Of a stretch of 64,000 nucleotides of DNA, positions 41,601-50,515 are shown in pieces. The notes below the pieces were generated by a model. That model ran no database searches. It worked only from the letters and a program-made list of their open reading frames with translations, and was not told the DNA's origin. A program made the translations under genes and the position numbers. This stretch comes from Carpediemonas membranifera BICM (Eukaryota; Protista; Fornicata), in assembly GCA_019828565.1 (NCBI GenBank), contig JAHDYR010000025.1, positions 496,001-560,000 of the forward strand. The letters are read 5' to 3'. The first letter of the stretch is position 1, and the number at the start of each line of letters is the position of its first letter.

Positions 41601-41864
41601 CTCGAAGAGCATCGTGTCCTGGGCCTCGGGGATTGGGGTGTCTATGGTATCATTGTCCATGCTGAAGGCGCGAAGTTGCTCCTCGAGCGCGATGTTTGTC
41701 ACTGCTCTGCTTTGCAAAGCAGAGAGTGAGGATCTCCCGACAGAGTTCTCGAAAGTGGCCAACGCGGAGACGCTTCCTCGCGGTGATGGTGTTGCACTGT
41801 ACGTAATTCCTTGTAGCATGTCAGCATCCGCGTCATAACCTCGGGTGAGGACTGATGACGGCAT
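32625..41864 (-). CDS. Giant coiled-coil protein with large internal tandem repeats
   Basis: Uninterrupted ~3080-aa ORF; start at 41864 or 41957. Confidence 0.88.
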   Translation of the reverse strand: MPSSVLTRGYDADADMLQGITYSATPSPRGSVSALATFENSVGRSSLSALQSRAVTNIALEEQLRAFSMDNDTIDTPIPEAQDTMLFEEELSRLRTAYEAKMTALDQGYRNSMADSNEHIEALTEQVTHLNAELDTAQTLIRDRLQGLIETQATRDAVHQIERQAKFRVQRAQMQYASRLSKTKADHTVKMLLMSTPEDPVAAAEASGAVERGRALEAELAKVRAELGRKLELAEAKIAAAADTEATKNRISAVQEAARVTLAVAQERHEAERLELIEESNNQLETMAAEHEQAMMAKQHEIEQEKARLQAKMAQLRQQSEEELHDTVQELTAAHEKKYAKLCIRTDASAADLNDQISHLNAAMAEQQKTHEAEMQAIRETHDSEVAQLKQQSAKALADHKERGETLLEESVGALTERLEFQSRNAADKLTHTTEVYETRLENVRMAFESKIEDLRAAHANTVATLESQLRDEQADLEKQKAKHAKQIEHIEQTSAEELAAAREEFESIRERLNAKIAEAEEAADATSYELQQRLTAEHDEKYAKLKERTDDKIAELSDRIEKLNATIADLKAAHAEELEKTLAKHDAEIARLSETSTATAGDFRRTYEDRIAALEASYSERIELQTKTAAEKLQQAIDGYESRLEHINKSHMEQLDSLKRTYEEQERSAYLIFDLKLKQVTINADEACNKTRSAAAQKIEDANTANKSAVAALEAKLKSTEADFSATKERLLAQIADTEDAFEDQKLELQQRLAAEHDERFAKLKERTDDKIAELSDRIEKLNATIADLKAAHAEELEKTLAKHDAEIARLSETSTATAGDFRRTYEDRIAALEASYNERIELQAKASADKLKQTVDNYESRLSMFESQLRDEQADLEKQKAKHAKQIEHIEQTSAEELAAAREEFESIRERLNAKIAEAEEAADATSYELQQRLTAEHDEKYAKLKERTDDKIAELSDRIEKLNATIADLKAAHAEELEKTLAKHDAEIARLSETSTATAGDFRRTYEDRIAALEASYSERIELQTKTAAEKLQQTIVAFESRLSNANAINESKIEDLRAAHANTVATLESQLRDEQADLEKQKAKHAKQIEHIEQTSAEELAAAREEFESIRERLNAKIAEAEEAADATSYELQQRLTAEHDEKYAKLKERTDDKIAELSDRIEKLNATIADLKAAHAEELEKTLAKHDAEIARLSETSTATAGDFRRTYEDRIAALEASYSERIELQTKTAAEKLQQAIDGYESRLEHINKSHMEQLDSLKRTYEEQERSAYLIFDLKLKQVTINADEACNKTRSAAAQKIEDANTANKSAVAALEAKLKSTEADFSATKERLLAQIADTEDAFEDQKLELQQRLAAEHDERFAKLKERTDDKIAELSDRIEKLNATIADLKAAHAEELEKTLAKHDAEIARLSETSTATAGDFRRTYEDRIAALEASYNERIELQAKASADKLKQTVDNYESRLSMFESQLRDEQADLEKQKAKHAKQIEHIEQTSAEELAAAREEFESIRERLNAKISEAEEAADATSCELQQRLTAEHDEKYAKLKERTDDKIAELSDRIEKLNATIADLKAAHAEELEKTLANHDAEIARLSETSTATAGDFRRTYEDRIAALEASYSERIELQTKTAAEKLQQTIVAFESRLSNANAINESKIEDLRAAHANTVATLESQLRDEQADLEKQKAKHAKQIEHIEQTSAEELAAAREEFESIRERLNAKIAEAEEAADATSYELQQRLTAEHDEKYAKLKERTDDKIAELSDRIEKLNATIADLKAAHAEELEKTLAKHDAEIARLSETSTATAGDFRRTYEDRIAALEASYSERIELQTKTAAEKLQQAIDGYESRLEHINKSHMEQLDSLKRTYEEQERSAYLIFDLKLKQVTINADEACNKTRSAAAQKIEDANTANKSAVAALEAKLKSTEADFSATKERLLAQIADTEDAFEDQKLELQQRLAAEHDERFAKLKERTDDKIAELSDRIEKLNATIADLKAAHAEELEKTLAKHDAEIARLSETSTATAGDFRRTYEDRIAALEASYSERIELQTKTAAEKLQQTIVAFESRLSNANAINESKIEDLRAAHANTVATLESQLRDEQADLEKQKAKHAKQIEHIEQTSAEELAAAREEFESIRERLNAKIAEAEEAADATSYELQQRLTAEHDEKYAKLKERTDDKIAELSDRIEKLNATIADLKAAHAEELEKTLAKHDAEIARLSETSTATAGDFRRTYEDRIAALEASYNERIELQAKASADKLKQTVDNYESRLSMFESQLRDEQADLEKQKAKHANQIDELQRQHDEDLEEIQSRHDEDLQAVRASKQALYRELTAEFERKAADAEHAAEETRTRMAQKLADVAEELAETRRQHEETVRKLKREQAEAVETTVAANREHVSALKSQFTASMSDLKAHFEQQQGELKHRHSDAMIAQESARAQSATLEASLSQLRSERDMSDRRAEQLAESVEHIQSAVEDTLPVMTQLAEAVNRLCSATDSSTRVRPPTMGAAPLDTMQAVMRALRGATNALDGVHPCVDQLVLDRQQLRALQRANEKNDIASTLAELEETRKKATAQSEKLIECSLVLGAARNLVDHMRDTTDTDRILAQTESLIDMIDSFSLESTESSSFTNAALEVLEAGTVTIVGAAMSVDGLGVADAALIGRLAATNADLKTAVSRYESTEATLDDLRVQRDELLAKVGTLSHQLAETEQYRESSMRLETVRENLRTTIAERDELQVALKTSLERIKTLERAGQEAAVLLHRERESRDRERTALSEELTRTREALRIAELKSSSDRTALKSVAELEAKLSAANHELSSVRGALDQSKREHAVAKAELEAKLTESKNDTMPSELKNMVLLNKKLASQLKVKRLEATRLQEELAKLSRAQESAEEEAKSMSASQGVATGQLEDLCEILDCDQAGLTAAVTAMVSVNRQYERQHASHNNQVVRLTAERAQLSEAKTALAAENEQLRKDLARATEQTKQLRTQVTLDAKRMMDFQETMRASPAPTPLKASSAHETRTHNPATENRKGSSSRLPQNAGPVRKTGYATLGRLKTTDLSASGWSGL
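34960..40520. repeat. Coding tandem array of nine near-identical cores with a 1815-bp higher-order period
   Basis: Core GTGCGGCGGAAGTCGCCGG at 35146, 35758, 36415, 37027, 37573, 38230, 38842, 39388, 40045. Confidence 0.95.
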
Positions 41865-42108
41865 GCTGCTAGGCGTCTTCGTGATGAAACAAAAACTGCA
41901 CTTTTTGCCGTCGCCGAGAGTTGGCGAGGCATGTCTGCTGTCTCTTGTCAGCGTCATCTGGGCCCACCACTTCCATTCCCGGAGGCTGAAGAAACGGCAT
42001 CAACCAGATTCTCTTGGTGGATACGGTCGGTCGACTTCCATCACCTCGTGCTCGTCCATACAGAAATCCGAAGGCTTTATTCACCGCATGCACGCTCTAA
42101 ACTCTCCT

Positions 42109-42520
42109 CTACATGAAAAGCTTGTCGATCTCGTTTCTGATCGTCTCAACCTGGCTGGCAAGCTGCGAGCCCTCGATGTTGAGGATAGCGACGGAGATCA
42201 TGGGCCTAGTGACGCCAGCGGCGCGGCCAAGGACGTTGCGGGAAGGGACGAAAACGTAGGGGGTGTTCTTGTCCTCGCAGAGAAGGGGGATGTGGAGAAC
42301 GATCTCGAGGGGCTCAGCATCGGCGGCAAGGATAACGAAAGCGGCCTTGTTCTTGTTGAGAGCCTTGGTAGCTGCGTAAAAATGGGGGAATGAAGAACAA
42401 ACTCTCGTTAGCGCCTCTCTTAATCTGGTTCAGGTTGGAAGCCTGGGAAACGAGATCAATGATCTGCTTGCTGAGCTGCTCGGAAGCAAGAGGGTACGCC
42501 TTGGGGGAAACTGCGCTCAT
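42109..42520 (-). CDS. SNU13: Snu13/15.5K K-turn binding protein; intron 42372-42402
   Basis: PKAYPLA, QIKRGANETTKALN, HIPLLCEDKNTPYVFVPS. Confidence 0.93.
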
Positions 42521-42790
42521 ATTGTCGCTTGCAGCTTATCGCTTGTACTTTTTTTCATGAAGGCATCATCACTCGCGTACTATGCCGGGCTGAGTCCGCC
42601 CAAGCAAGGATAGGCGCCCAGATGAGCCTACTTGTGCATCAGACCCAAAGGGTGAATTCTGAGGATTATCACATTGACACAGTTGAGGTTGCAACGACAC
42701 AAAGGACCTAATTTCATTGGTCGATGCCGGCCCAGCCTTCCCATGCGGCTGACACACACAGCATCCTAAAGTGCAATTTATCTCATAAGC

Positions 42791-43753
42791 CTACTCCTGC
42801 TTGCCCTCGAGCATGGCCTTGATCTTGACGTACATCTCCTTCATAAGCTCCTCCGTAGTCCCGAACTCGAGCTTGAGACCCCAGTCCGCAACAGCCTTGC
42901 TGTCGTCAAGGCTCTCGGGCCAACCGGCAGCGACCTTATCGCGGAAATCGATCTCATACTCCATCTTGAAGCCGGGAGAGATCTTCTGCATGATCTCGCC
43001 AGCCTCGCGGGGAGAGACGGTGACACCGTTGACGTTGTATGTCCTCTGGGTGAGCACCTTCTCGTCAGCGGTGAGGAGCTGGATAGTCGCGTTGATGCAG
43101 TCCTCCATGTACATCATGGGGAGGCCACGATCCTCAGAGAGGAAGCACTTGTAGCTGTTGGTCTTCACGGCGTTGTGGAAGATGTCGATAAGCCAGTCCG
43201 TAGTCCCGAAGCCGGGGGGGGTGGCCCAGGAGATGATGCCGGGGTACCGGAGGCAACGGGTATCGACGCCGAAGCGCTGGTTGTAGTATTCGAGAATGTG
43301 CTCGGTGTAGACCTTGGTGATGCCGTAGATGGTAGTTGGGCGCTGGATGCAGACCTCGGGGACGTTCTTCTTGGGCGAGGTGGGGCCAAAAGCGCCGATC
43401 GTGGAGGGCACGAGGACGCGGAGCTTGTATTTCACGGCAAGCTCGAGGACGTTGTTCACGCCATTCATGTTCACGTTGAGAGCCAGGGCGTGGTTAGCCT
43501 CGGCGGCGCCAGAGAGGAGGGCGGCGTTGTTAATGACCCACTGAACCTTGTACTTGACGATAATAGCCTCAACAGAGTCCTTGTCGGTAACGTCAACGAC
43601 CTCGAACGGGCCTCTGGCAAGAACTTCCTTTGGGGCCGGACGAGCGTCGGCACCAACAACAGCATCGCGCCCGAACATGGCGCGAAGGCGCTCAACAAGC
43701 TCAGAACCGATCTGGCCTAAAGCACCGATCAAGAGGATTTGATTACTGGTCAT
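42791..43753 (-). CDS. TDH: L-threonine 3-dehydrogenase (extended SDR type)
   Basis: GALGQIG, PSTIGAFGP, QRPTTIYGITK, LRYPGIIS, GTTD, WPESLDDS. Confidence 0.9.
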   Translation of the reverse strand: MTSNQILLIGALGQIGSELVERLRAMFGRDAVVGADARPAPKEVLARGPFEVVDVTDKDSVEAIIVKYKVQWVINNAALLSGAAEANHALALNVNMNGVNNVLELAVKYKLRVLVPSTIGAFGPTSPKKNVPEVCIQRPTTIYGITKVYTEHILEYYNQRFGVDTRCLRYPGIISWATPPGFGTTDWLIDIFHNAVKTNSYKCFLSEDRGLPMMYMEDCINATIQLLTADEKVLTQRTYNVNGVTVSPREAGEIMQKISPGFKMEYEIDFRDKVAAGWPESLDDSKAVADWGLKLEFGTTEELMKEMYVKIKAMLEGKQE

Positions 43754-44303
43754 TTTCACTGTTCAAAGAGAGGACGCAATGCAGGTCGTCTCCATTATTC
43801 AAAGTCGGTGAAGTCTGATTTGTTCAGTGTATTTGTCAATATCTGTGAGGTCTGCGTGATCACAGTTGAATGATACTGCTATCAGAGGGTCCTGCAGCCC
43901 CTTGTGCTACCCCATGAATTTTTCTGATGTCATCCTGACGCTTGAGGTGACCTTGGGTATCAAACGCACCTGGGGCGACTGAAAGGCACAGTTGGGCAAG
44001 TACGGTGAATGATAGGTTGATATGTGGGGCCATACACGACTTAGTTGTTGTTTTAGATTGGATTAGATTGTGACTCTGGTTGGGTGATATATAGCATCCG
44101 CAGACAGACGGGATACTCTGCTCACCAACCAAGGAGAACCTCTCTGCTCAACATGCATCAGGTCGAGCCAGTCGAGTCCATGAAGCTGGTGAGCTGACGA
44201 TTCTTTGGCAACCGTTGCCCAGACCGCGGCGGGTCGACCTGTCAACTGCTCATTGGTCTGGAATAAATTTATCCACAGAGAGAAACCAGAGTACAGGCTT
44301 TAC

Positions 44304-44995
44304 TCAGGCTTCCATAAGGGGGCTCTTGTCCTCGTCGCCACGGGTTGCCTTACCCTTGCCGCCCTGCTTGAAGAGCAAGAAGGCCACGAATGCGCCAGCG
44401 GCGACAACGCCAATTTGGGCACAGCAGATGAAGCCGACACAACTGACAACGAGAAAGAAGAAGACGAAGCCAAGCACCCAGCCGAGGATGCTGCACCCGT
44501 CGTTGCCGATCAGGACACGCGACCCCGTGCATCCGAAAGCGCCGGAATCATCTAGTTCGTTGATGATCGTCATGCAGATGTACCGATGGAGCCCGGTTCC
44601 GCTGTACTTGGAGAAGTCGAAGGGGGCAGAGTCCGAAGGGAGGTCGAACGTCGTCTTTGAGTCGAGGTCATTGATGCTGACTGCGGCGTCGGGGTCGTTG
44701 AATGCGGCAGTACCCTTCTTGTCACAGAGGAAGAAGGCCAGTTCGTAGTCGTCGTCGGAGACGCAGTCGGAGTTGACCGTGTACTGTGTGAAATGCGCCA
44801 CGGGTGGATGAGACGTATGGATAGCTTGACATTGTTGTGATCGGGATCCGGAGAGGCGTGGAGAGTGATGCCGTCGCTGTGTAAGATGGAAAAACCGATG
44901 GATGGCGCGGTGATCACTTACCCGAAACATGTCACACAGAACGCGGATGCAATGAGAAGAAGTAGAACGATGCTTGATGACTGAATGCCAGACAT
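44304..44995 (-). CDS. Putative signal-peptide, C-terminally anchored membrane protein; probably two introns
   Basis: Hydrophobic N-terminus after ATG 44995, a GTAAGT...TTACACAG intron, and a long hydrophobic C-terminal segment. Confidence 0.55.
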
Positions 44996-45269
44996 ATGGC
45001 GAGATTCTTGACAGTCCAGAATTTTTAACAACAAAACAAAACAACAAAACAAATCTTCCAGACCGACAAAATGTCGTTTGTCAAATCAAATAATCTGAGG
45101 AAGCGTGGAAGGTATTGGAGCAAGGAGAAGGCATGCGACATCCCGCCACACCAGGCCAATAGCCGACCTGGCAACAGACAGCACTCACCAACCTGGTAAG
45201 AGGTTTACGAGCAATCGACTCGTCCGGCCGCCGGCCAGTGCCGTATTCAGTGAGCTATAGTACCAGAGG

Positions 45270-46025
45270 TCACACCACAGTCTGACCCCGGTCCTCGTTT
45301 GGCCCGTGTTGGCCCTTAGGCGCCGGCATACCGTACTTGGGGGTCATCCTCTGCTCCACGCCCACCTGGACCTCGCGGACTGCGGCCTCTGTCATCAATG
45401 CGGGAAGTGTGAAGCGGCGGGCGACATGGCCGTCAATTATCTGCACAGCCACGTCTTTCCCGCGGCCAGAGGTCTCTTGGAAGAGGCAGTCATCGTCGAG
45501 GGCCTCCGACAGCTGGTTGAGCTTATCCACTATATCTGACACCGAGACATGGGGGGCTGGTATCTGTGCTACTCTGTGTATCACGCGATCGGCCCCATTG
45601 GGCCGTCCCGGGGATCGTTCCTTCGCCACTGCCGACTTTGGCCTCTTGGGAAGGCCATCGCGGGTTACCAGCGCTGACTGCGGACGGACAGGTCTACTTT
45701 GATGCGCTGCTGTGCGAGGTCGCTGTGTTGTGCGTCGTGCAGCTGTCAACGGCCGTGGCTGCGACGATGTGGTCTTCGGACGACGATGAGAAGCTGGTCT
45801 GCCGATCGAAGACGAGAGAGAAAGCATATCGCCGTCTATTTCATGCCTTGGAATGAGCGGAGCGTTGTAACTCTGGCCAATCTCCGTCAAACTAGTGAGA
45901 TTCAACCTTGATGCGATCGCAAGCGTCTGTTGCGACAAAAAACTAGTACTACGCGGCGTTTCCGTACTTTCCTTTTCCTTTTGCGCTTTCCTCCTCTTTA
46001 CTGCTGGCGTTTCTCGCCTTGGCAT
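45270..46025 (-). CDS. Hypothetical basic protein with RPxSA/RPxTA motifs
   Basis: 251-aa ORF from ATG 46025. Confidence 0.6.
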   Translation of the reverse strand: MPRRETPAVKRRKAQKEKESTETPRSTSFLSQQTLAIASRLNLTSLTEIGQSYNAPLIPRHEIDGDMLSLSSSIGRPASHRRPKTTSSQPRPLTAARRTTQRPRTAAHQSRPVRPQSALVTRDGLPKRPKSAVAKERSPGRPNGADRVIHRVAQIPAPHVSVSDIVDKLNQLSEALDDDCLFQETSGRGKDVAVQIIDGHVARRFTLPALMTEAAVREVQVGVEQRMTPKYGMPAPKGQHGPNEDRGQTVV

Positions 46026-46173
46026 TCGATTGCCCTCAAAGATGGTGCACGCTGAGCAGGCGAAACCCACACAACTCTGGCGAGTCATCGTTCGTACGAT
46101 ACGTCTCCCAGACCACTGCGACGCTCAATCCGCGGGGTTTTACTGCGATCCAGCCAAAATCAGCTGCAATTAC

Positions 46174-46721
46174 TCACTTCTTGCCCTTCCCCGCCCGCTT
46201 TCCGCCTCTCCGGTGGCTCCTCCGGGCAGCGCCCTCTCTGGTAAGCTCAGCAGCCTTGCCGCTGACATACTCGTTCTTCCCGCTGGCGACGAACTCGCCC
46301 ATCAGCGTTCCCTTCCTGCTGGCCTTCGAGCTCTTGCTGTAGTACCGCGAGGCAGGCTCAATGACGTTGGCATACTGGACATGGGTGGGGAGATCCTTGC
46401 CCCAGCCGGTGCTCTTGTAGTGGCGCTTGGGGTCGATAACGTTGCTATGTTAGAGATAGCGGGCAAACAAACCGGTTCTTGATGAGTAGAAGATCAGCCT
46501 TCAGCTCAGGCGTCATCTGTGCCTCGGGAATCTCCGCCCATCCCTTCGCAGATGGCTGTTCCTGCTTCTCAACGCGCTTGGCGGCATTCTCAGCCGCTTG
46601 CAGCATCTGGGAGATGTCGTATGACGAATCGATGGCCCTATCGTAAGAAATGTGGATAAATGGGGGCATACTTGGCAAACTCGGCGATCCCACCCTCGGG
46701 GTTAAGGAGTTTCTTGCTCAT
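46174..46721 (-). CDS. FCF2: Fcf2 pre-rRNA processing protein; introns 46638-46671 and 46445-46472
   Basis: Spliced sequence KGWAEIP...TPELKADLLLIKNRNVIDPKRHYK. Confidence 0.88.
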
Positions 46722-46727
46722 GCTGAT

Positions 46728-46904
46728 GTGCACTTTATGCCCGACCGATTATTTAGAGGGTTTATGGGGTTTATGTGGAGGATTCATGTAAAGGTGACTT
46801 AGGCTGTCGACCCCCCTGGGATGAACTCCAGAGGACTGAACAGGTTCAGTCTGACGGCCCACCTGTCTTTTTAGACTCAACAATTCTAATCCTGCGCGGC
46901 ACAC
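46728..46904 (+). repeat. Short non-coding element sharing the Fanzor element 3' terminus
   Basis: Starts GTGCACTTTA, ends TTAGACTCAACAATTCTAATCCTGCGCGGCACAC; internal similarity to 49274-49439. Confidence 0.65.
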
Positions 46905-47053
46905 CGAGACGACTGAAAGTTGATCCTCTCCCATCACCACTTCTACCCTGCTCTCCAGTGTACAGGGGCCTCTCAGTGACTGTCTCCCTCAGCATGGCAT
47001 GCCCGACACAAGAAACGGCACTTTAATACACATACAAGACTATAATACAGCTC

Positions 47054-47554
47054 TCACTCCACCTCAAATGTCTCCTTGGCCCTGTACGGGGAGGAGTATG
47101 GCTGCGGTGTGGGCGTGCTCTCATCCGAAATGCGGTTGACGATGGAAATGGCGGATCGGAGCGTCGATACAACAAGATCGTGGTCCGACAGGTCGCTGTT
47201 CTGCCAGTTCTGCGGGTTGGGCGCAGTCATCCCGCATATGCACGTCTTCTGGGGAGTCAGGAGCTCGCCGTCGTGTTGCGGGGCCCCGTTCTCTGGTGGG
47301 AGCTGGGTGGGCGGATCGTATTTGTCCACATGACTGAAAATACAAGCCAGGCGGTCTTTTGTGCGTTCAATAAGGTGGGAAACCTGCGCTTCGACAGTTG
47401 CAATGTCATCAACCGCAACTCCGAGTGCTTGTGGGCTCAGCTTTGTGTCTCGGGACATGTAGTCCTGCGCAGACTTTCGGATTGGTGTTGCCTCTATCGC
47501 TATAGGTGAATGAATAGGCAGCTTAGGCCGGTAGAAAGGAGAATTCGAGCTCAT
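47054..47554 (-). CDS. Hypothetical protein
   Basis: 166-aa ATG-initiated ORF filling the gap between genes. Confidence 0.6.
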   Translation of the reverse strand: MSSNSPFYRPKLPIHSPIAIEATPIRKSAQDYMSRDTKLSPQALGVAVDDIATVEAQVSHLIERTKDRLACIFSHVDKYDPPTQLPPENGAPQHDGELLTPQKTCICGMTAPNPQNWQNSDLSDHDLVVSTLRSAISIVNRISDESTPTPQPYSSPYRAKETFEVE

Positions 47555-47633
47555 TTCGTCTGATCATTCTGATTTATCGTTTTGGAAAACGGCAACATAA
47601 ATGGCCAAATACAGCCAGACACACCCAAAAAGC

Positions 47634-48452
47634 TCACAAGAAGTGAGTAAACTTGCCCGCCGCGATGAGTAAGGCGAATACGAAGAACACAATAGTCAGC
47701 TTCATGATGAGCCACCGGTTCTTCTGCACCATGTTGAGCGTGCGCTGCAGGTTGTTCTCGGCCACATCAACGTAGTGCTCAGTCGCGCTGACGTTGGAGT
47801 CGATGAGATTGATCTGCTCGCCCTGGAGTGCGACCATGCCAGTAAACGAGTTGAACAGTTGGCCGACATCGGCTAGTTGGGACGAAATGGCGCTCATCTG
47901 GGACGAGAGGTCGTCTTGGCGGACAAGGCTCATGACTGCCTCCTCGGGCAGCTGGTCATCGGCCACGATGGCGTTTAGGTCACTATCGAGGTCGAAGTCG
48001 ATGCGGGTGTCCGCAAAGGCGCCGCGGCGAGTGGCATCGGCTTCGGTAGCTTGCCTGCGACGAGAATCCTCCTCTTGTATCGAGAACAGCTGCCTGGAGA
48101 GAGTATTGTGGGTGTCCCGGCACATTTTGTACCGCAAGTCGAAGTAGCGATGGGCATGAGACCCCTGGAGGCTGACAACGCACGCTTTCAGACGCTCTAG
48201 GCCATCAGAGCTTCGTTTCAAGTGAGTAGCGAGGCTTTTTGTGTCTTCACCGATTCCGTGTGCAAGCTTGTCGGCGAGCTTTGCCATATCTGCATCACAC
48301 TCTCTGCATAGGCGCTCTGCCTCTTTTCCTGGAAAGTCTGGGATGTAATCACGGCTTGGCCTGTCCAGTAAGAACGGTAAAAGGTCTGTAGCGAGCGCGC
48401 TCGCGTTATTTCTCATCGTCGTGGCTCGTCGACTGTATTCCGGGTCATCCAT
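47634..48452 (-). CDS. STX5: Qa-SNARE syntaxin 5/Sed5-like
   Basis: GQLFNSFTGMVALQGEQINLIDSNV, NRWLIMKL plus a C-terminal TM segment. Confidence 0.85.
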   Translation of the reverse strand: MDDPEYSRRATTMRNNASALATDLLPFLLDRPSRDYIPDFPGKEAERLCRECDADMAKLADKLAHGIGEDTKSLATHLKRSSDGLERLKACVVSLQGSHAHRYFDLRYKMCRDTHNTLSRQLFSIQEEDSRRRQATEADATRRGAFADTRIDFDLDSDLNAIVADDQLPEEAVMSLVRQDDLSSQMSAISSQLADVGQLFNSFTGMVALQGEQINLIDSNVSATEHYVDVAENNLQRTLNMVQKNRWLIMKLTIVFFVFALLIAAGKFTHFL

Positions 48453-48550
48453 AAATGGATCCGCCACCGCCCGCCCATCAGCCCGGCTATGCCCTCAACC
48501 GCACCCCAGTCCCCCGCTACGACATTTATAATACCTCGCCCCAACGCATC

Positions 48551-49265
48551 TCAGCCGACCATGTCCTTCTTCCGCCCTCTCGCCCGGACCACGTTCAGCC
48601 GCTTCACCACCTTCTCGTTGCCGGGGGAGTACACCTTCTCGATCTCCTCGAACATAGCGGCGCCCCTTATGTGGGTTGACAGGAGTGCGCGCTCGAGAAC
48701 GTAGAGGTCGACGGCCTTGTCCTCGGCAGAGGAGGACTGGAAGGAGAGCCCGAAGTCAATGGGGACGAGCTCGCCTGTGGACTCGAGCCGTATAACGTTG
48801 GATGACGTCAAGTCGCCGTGTATGATGTTCTTCTCATGCAAGCGACGGACCACGTCGCCGAGCACTCTCGCTGCGGACCGAGACTCGGCCTCATCCTCCT
48901 TACAGTCTTTGATGAGGTACTCGCGGACACTGGGGCCCTCTATCTTCTCCATAAAGCTATGTGAGGGTCGCTAGAGGAACAAACATCGAGCAGGAGGTCA
49001 TATCAACGTAAAAGACAGCGGGAGCGCGGATATTGAACTTCATACAACGGGTAAGAGCACGACATTCCATCTGTGTGCGTTTCTGCCGCAGTGGATTGTC
49101 GATTTCCGGGATCCTGTATGTCTTGGGAAACCGTTCTTTCAAGATCGCACTCTTCCCGAAGATTTCTGTCTCATATACACGAGCCTCTGCGCCTTGTGCA
49201 ATCATTTCTCGCGATTCAGACGCTATTTCGGCGTCAGGGACGCCTGGTTCTCGAGAATCGGCCAT
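48551..49265 (-). CDS. BUD32: KEOPS kinase Bud32/PRPK; intron 48957-48984
   Basis: IAQGAEARVY, KERFPKTYR, HGDLTSSN, IDFGLS, EDKAVDLYVLERA, RGRKKDMVG. Confidence 0.95.
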
Positions 49266-49273
49266 TGCCTCAC

Positions 49274-49439
49274 GTGCACTTTAAGAGGTTTACGTATTTA
49301 ATGGGTTATGTGTAGTATGTGATATCACACCGCCAGTCATCCACCACCAGGGGCAGCAGATTCAGGGCCTTTTTACTGGGGGTTCATGTGAAGAAGGCTT
49401 AAGCTTTAGACTCAAGTATTCTTATCCTGCGCGGCACAC
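49274..49439 (+). repeat. Short non-coding element sharing the Fanzor element 3' terminus
   Basis: Starts GTGCACTTTA, ends TTTAGACTCAAGTATTCTTATCCTGCGCGGCACAC. Confidence 0.68.
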
Positions 49440-49625
49440 AACCTCCACTCACCCACTTCAGCCCTCGTCTGTGCCATCGGTCTGTCGTGCTTTCAGTCGT
49501 CGGTCTGCACGAAAAGATGCGTCGTCTGTCGTCCATCGTCTGTGTAGAACGCTGCTGTCTTCTTTCGCGTCTGTGCTCGTCTGTTACGCGCTCATCTGTC
49601 GTCAATTGCCGGCGTCTGAAGCTCG

Positions 49626-50515
49626 TCGGTCGCTGGGCGGCTACACGATCCGCCGCCCAGACGGGCAGAGTGTATCTGGCGTACTCGCTAAGTGTGGCTA
49701 CACTGCCACCCCCTCTTTCCGCGTGAATATGAGCGCAGCATCGTTCAAAACGACAAGTCTAGAGGCTCTCAAACAGTCGATTAGGTTTGTCCATGAGAAC
49801 ATCGTTCAGATCATCAACGAGGGGACGAGAAAGTGTTTCCACCGTGCGACTTTTGCCAATTCTGTCTGCGCCTGAAGCACTTCGCCCGGGCTGGACGTCA
49901 ACTCCTGGATGATCTCGGCGGGCGCCCCCCGGAGCCCATTCATCGACTCGAAGTCGCGTATGGGGCTGCACTGTTCGGTTCCGCCGGAACTCCCTCCTGT
50001 GCTCCGTACCGCCACTTTGCTCGAGCACTTCCTGGCATAATGCTCCGGCACAACGTCGTCGTGAGTGTCACGATGGTCTCCGAATTCCGCACTTCCATCG
50101 TGTGCCCATACTGCAAAGCACACTTCAGACGTGTGGTGCAAACACACCGCACCATGATATGCCAGAATCCCGCGTGCGAGGGAGCTCCATGGCGCGTTGA
50201 ACGGCTACGTCGGCATCCCGAGCAGAGAGACATACTTCTCAATCTCTCTCACCGAGATAAGAGCGCCAGCGAGAACATCCTTTGGTGCATCTACGATGCA
50301 ACTTCAGATCAGATAGAGCAATCTCCTTTCCACAACGACTCCCAGAGAGGTGCTCTTCCTCGCTATCATTAACTTGCTAAGTTGAGCAAGCACGCGCTGC
50401 AGCGCGCGTGATATGCAGCGCACGATTGATAGAGTATGATGAACCACACTGCGATCCTGATGCTGCTTGGATCACTGTGTGTTTTGGACTCAAGTATTCT
50501 TATCCTGCGCGACAC
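49626..50515 (+). mobile_element. Fanzor element copy 2, 5'-truncated just after the RuvC-I DPG motif
   Basis: Near-identical to the reverse complement of 3778-4666; same frameshift (49850-49875); one extra codon (HRL vs HL). Confidence 0.88.
50373..50515 (+). ncRNA. Candidate omegaRNA scaffold, copy 2 (slightly degraded)
   Basis: Hairpins at 50373-50390, 50391-50410 and 50445-50481; conserved terminal motif. Confidence 0.55.

Noticed and set aside
42768-42777. TAAAGTGCAA, a 9/10 match to the putative left-end motif
   Set aside because: No matching right-end motif nearby, and TAAA is common near gene ends
49360-49382. GCCTTTTTAC resembling U5 snRNA loop 1
   Set aside because: One extra U, weak stem and no Sm site
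50436-50490. ATGATGA and CTGA in the tail, suggesting a box C/D snoRNA or hammerhead ribozyme
   Set aside because: No terminal box D and no CUGAUGA/GAAA core in the correct arrangement
3778-50515. Four copies of a ~30-nt repeat with different downstream sequences, suggesting a CRISPR array
   Set aside because: The copies are dispersed by kilobases and on both strands, with no regular spacing and no cas genes
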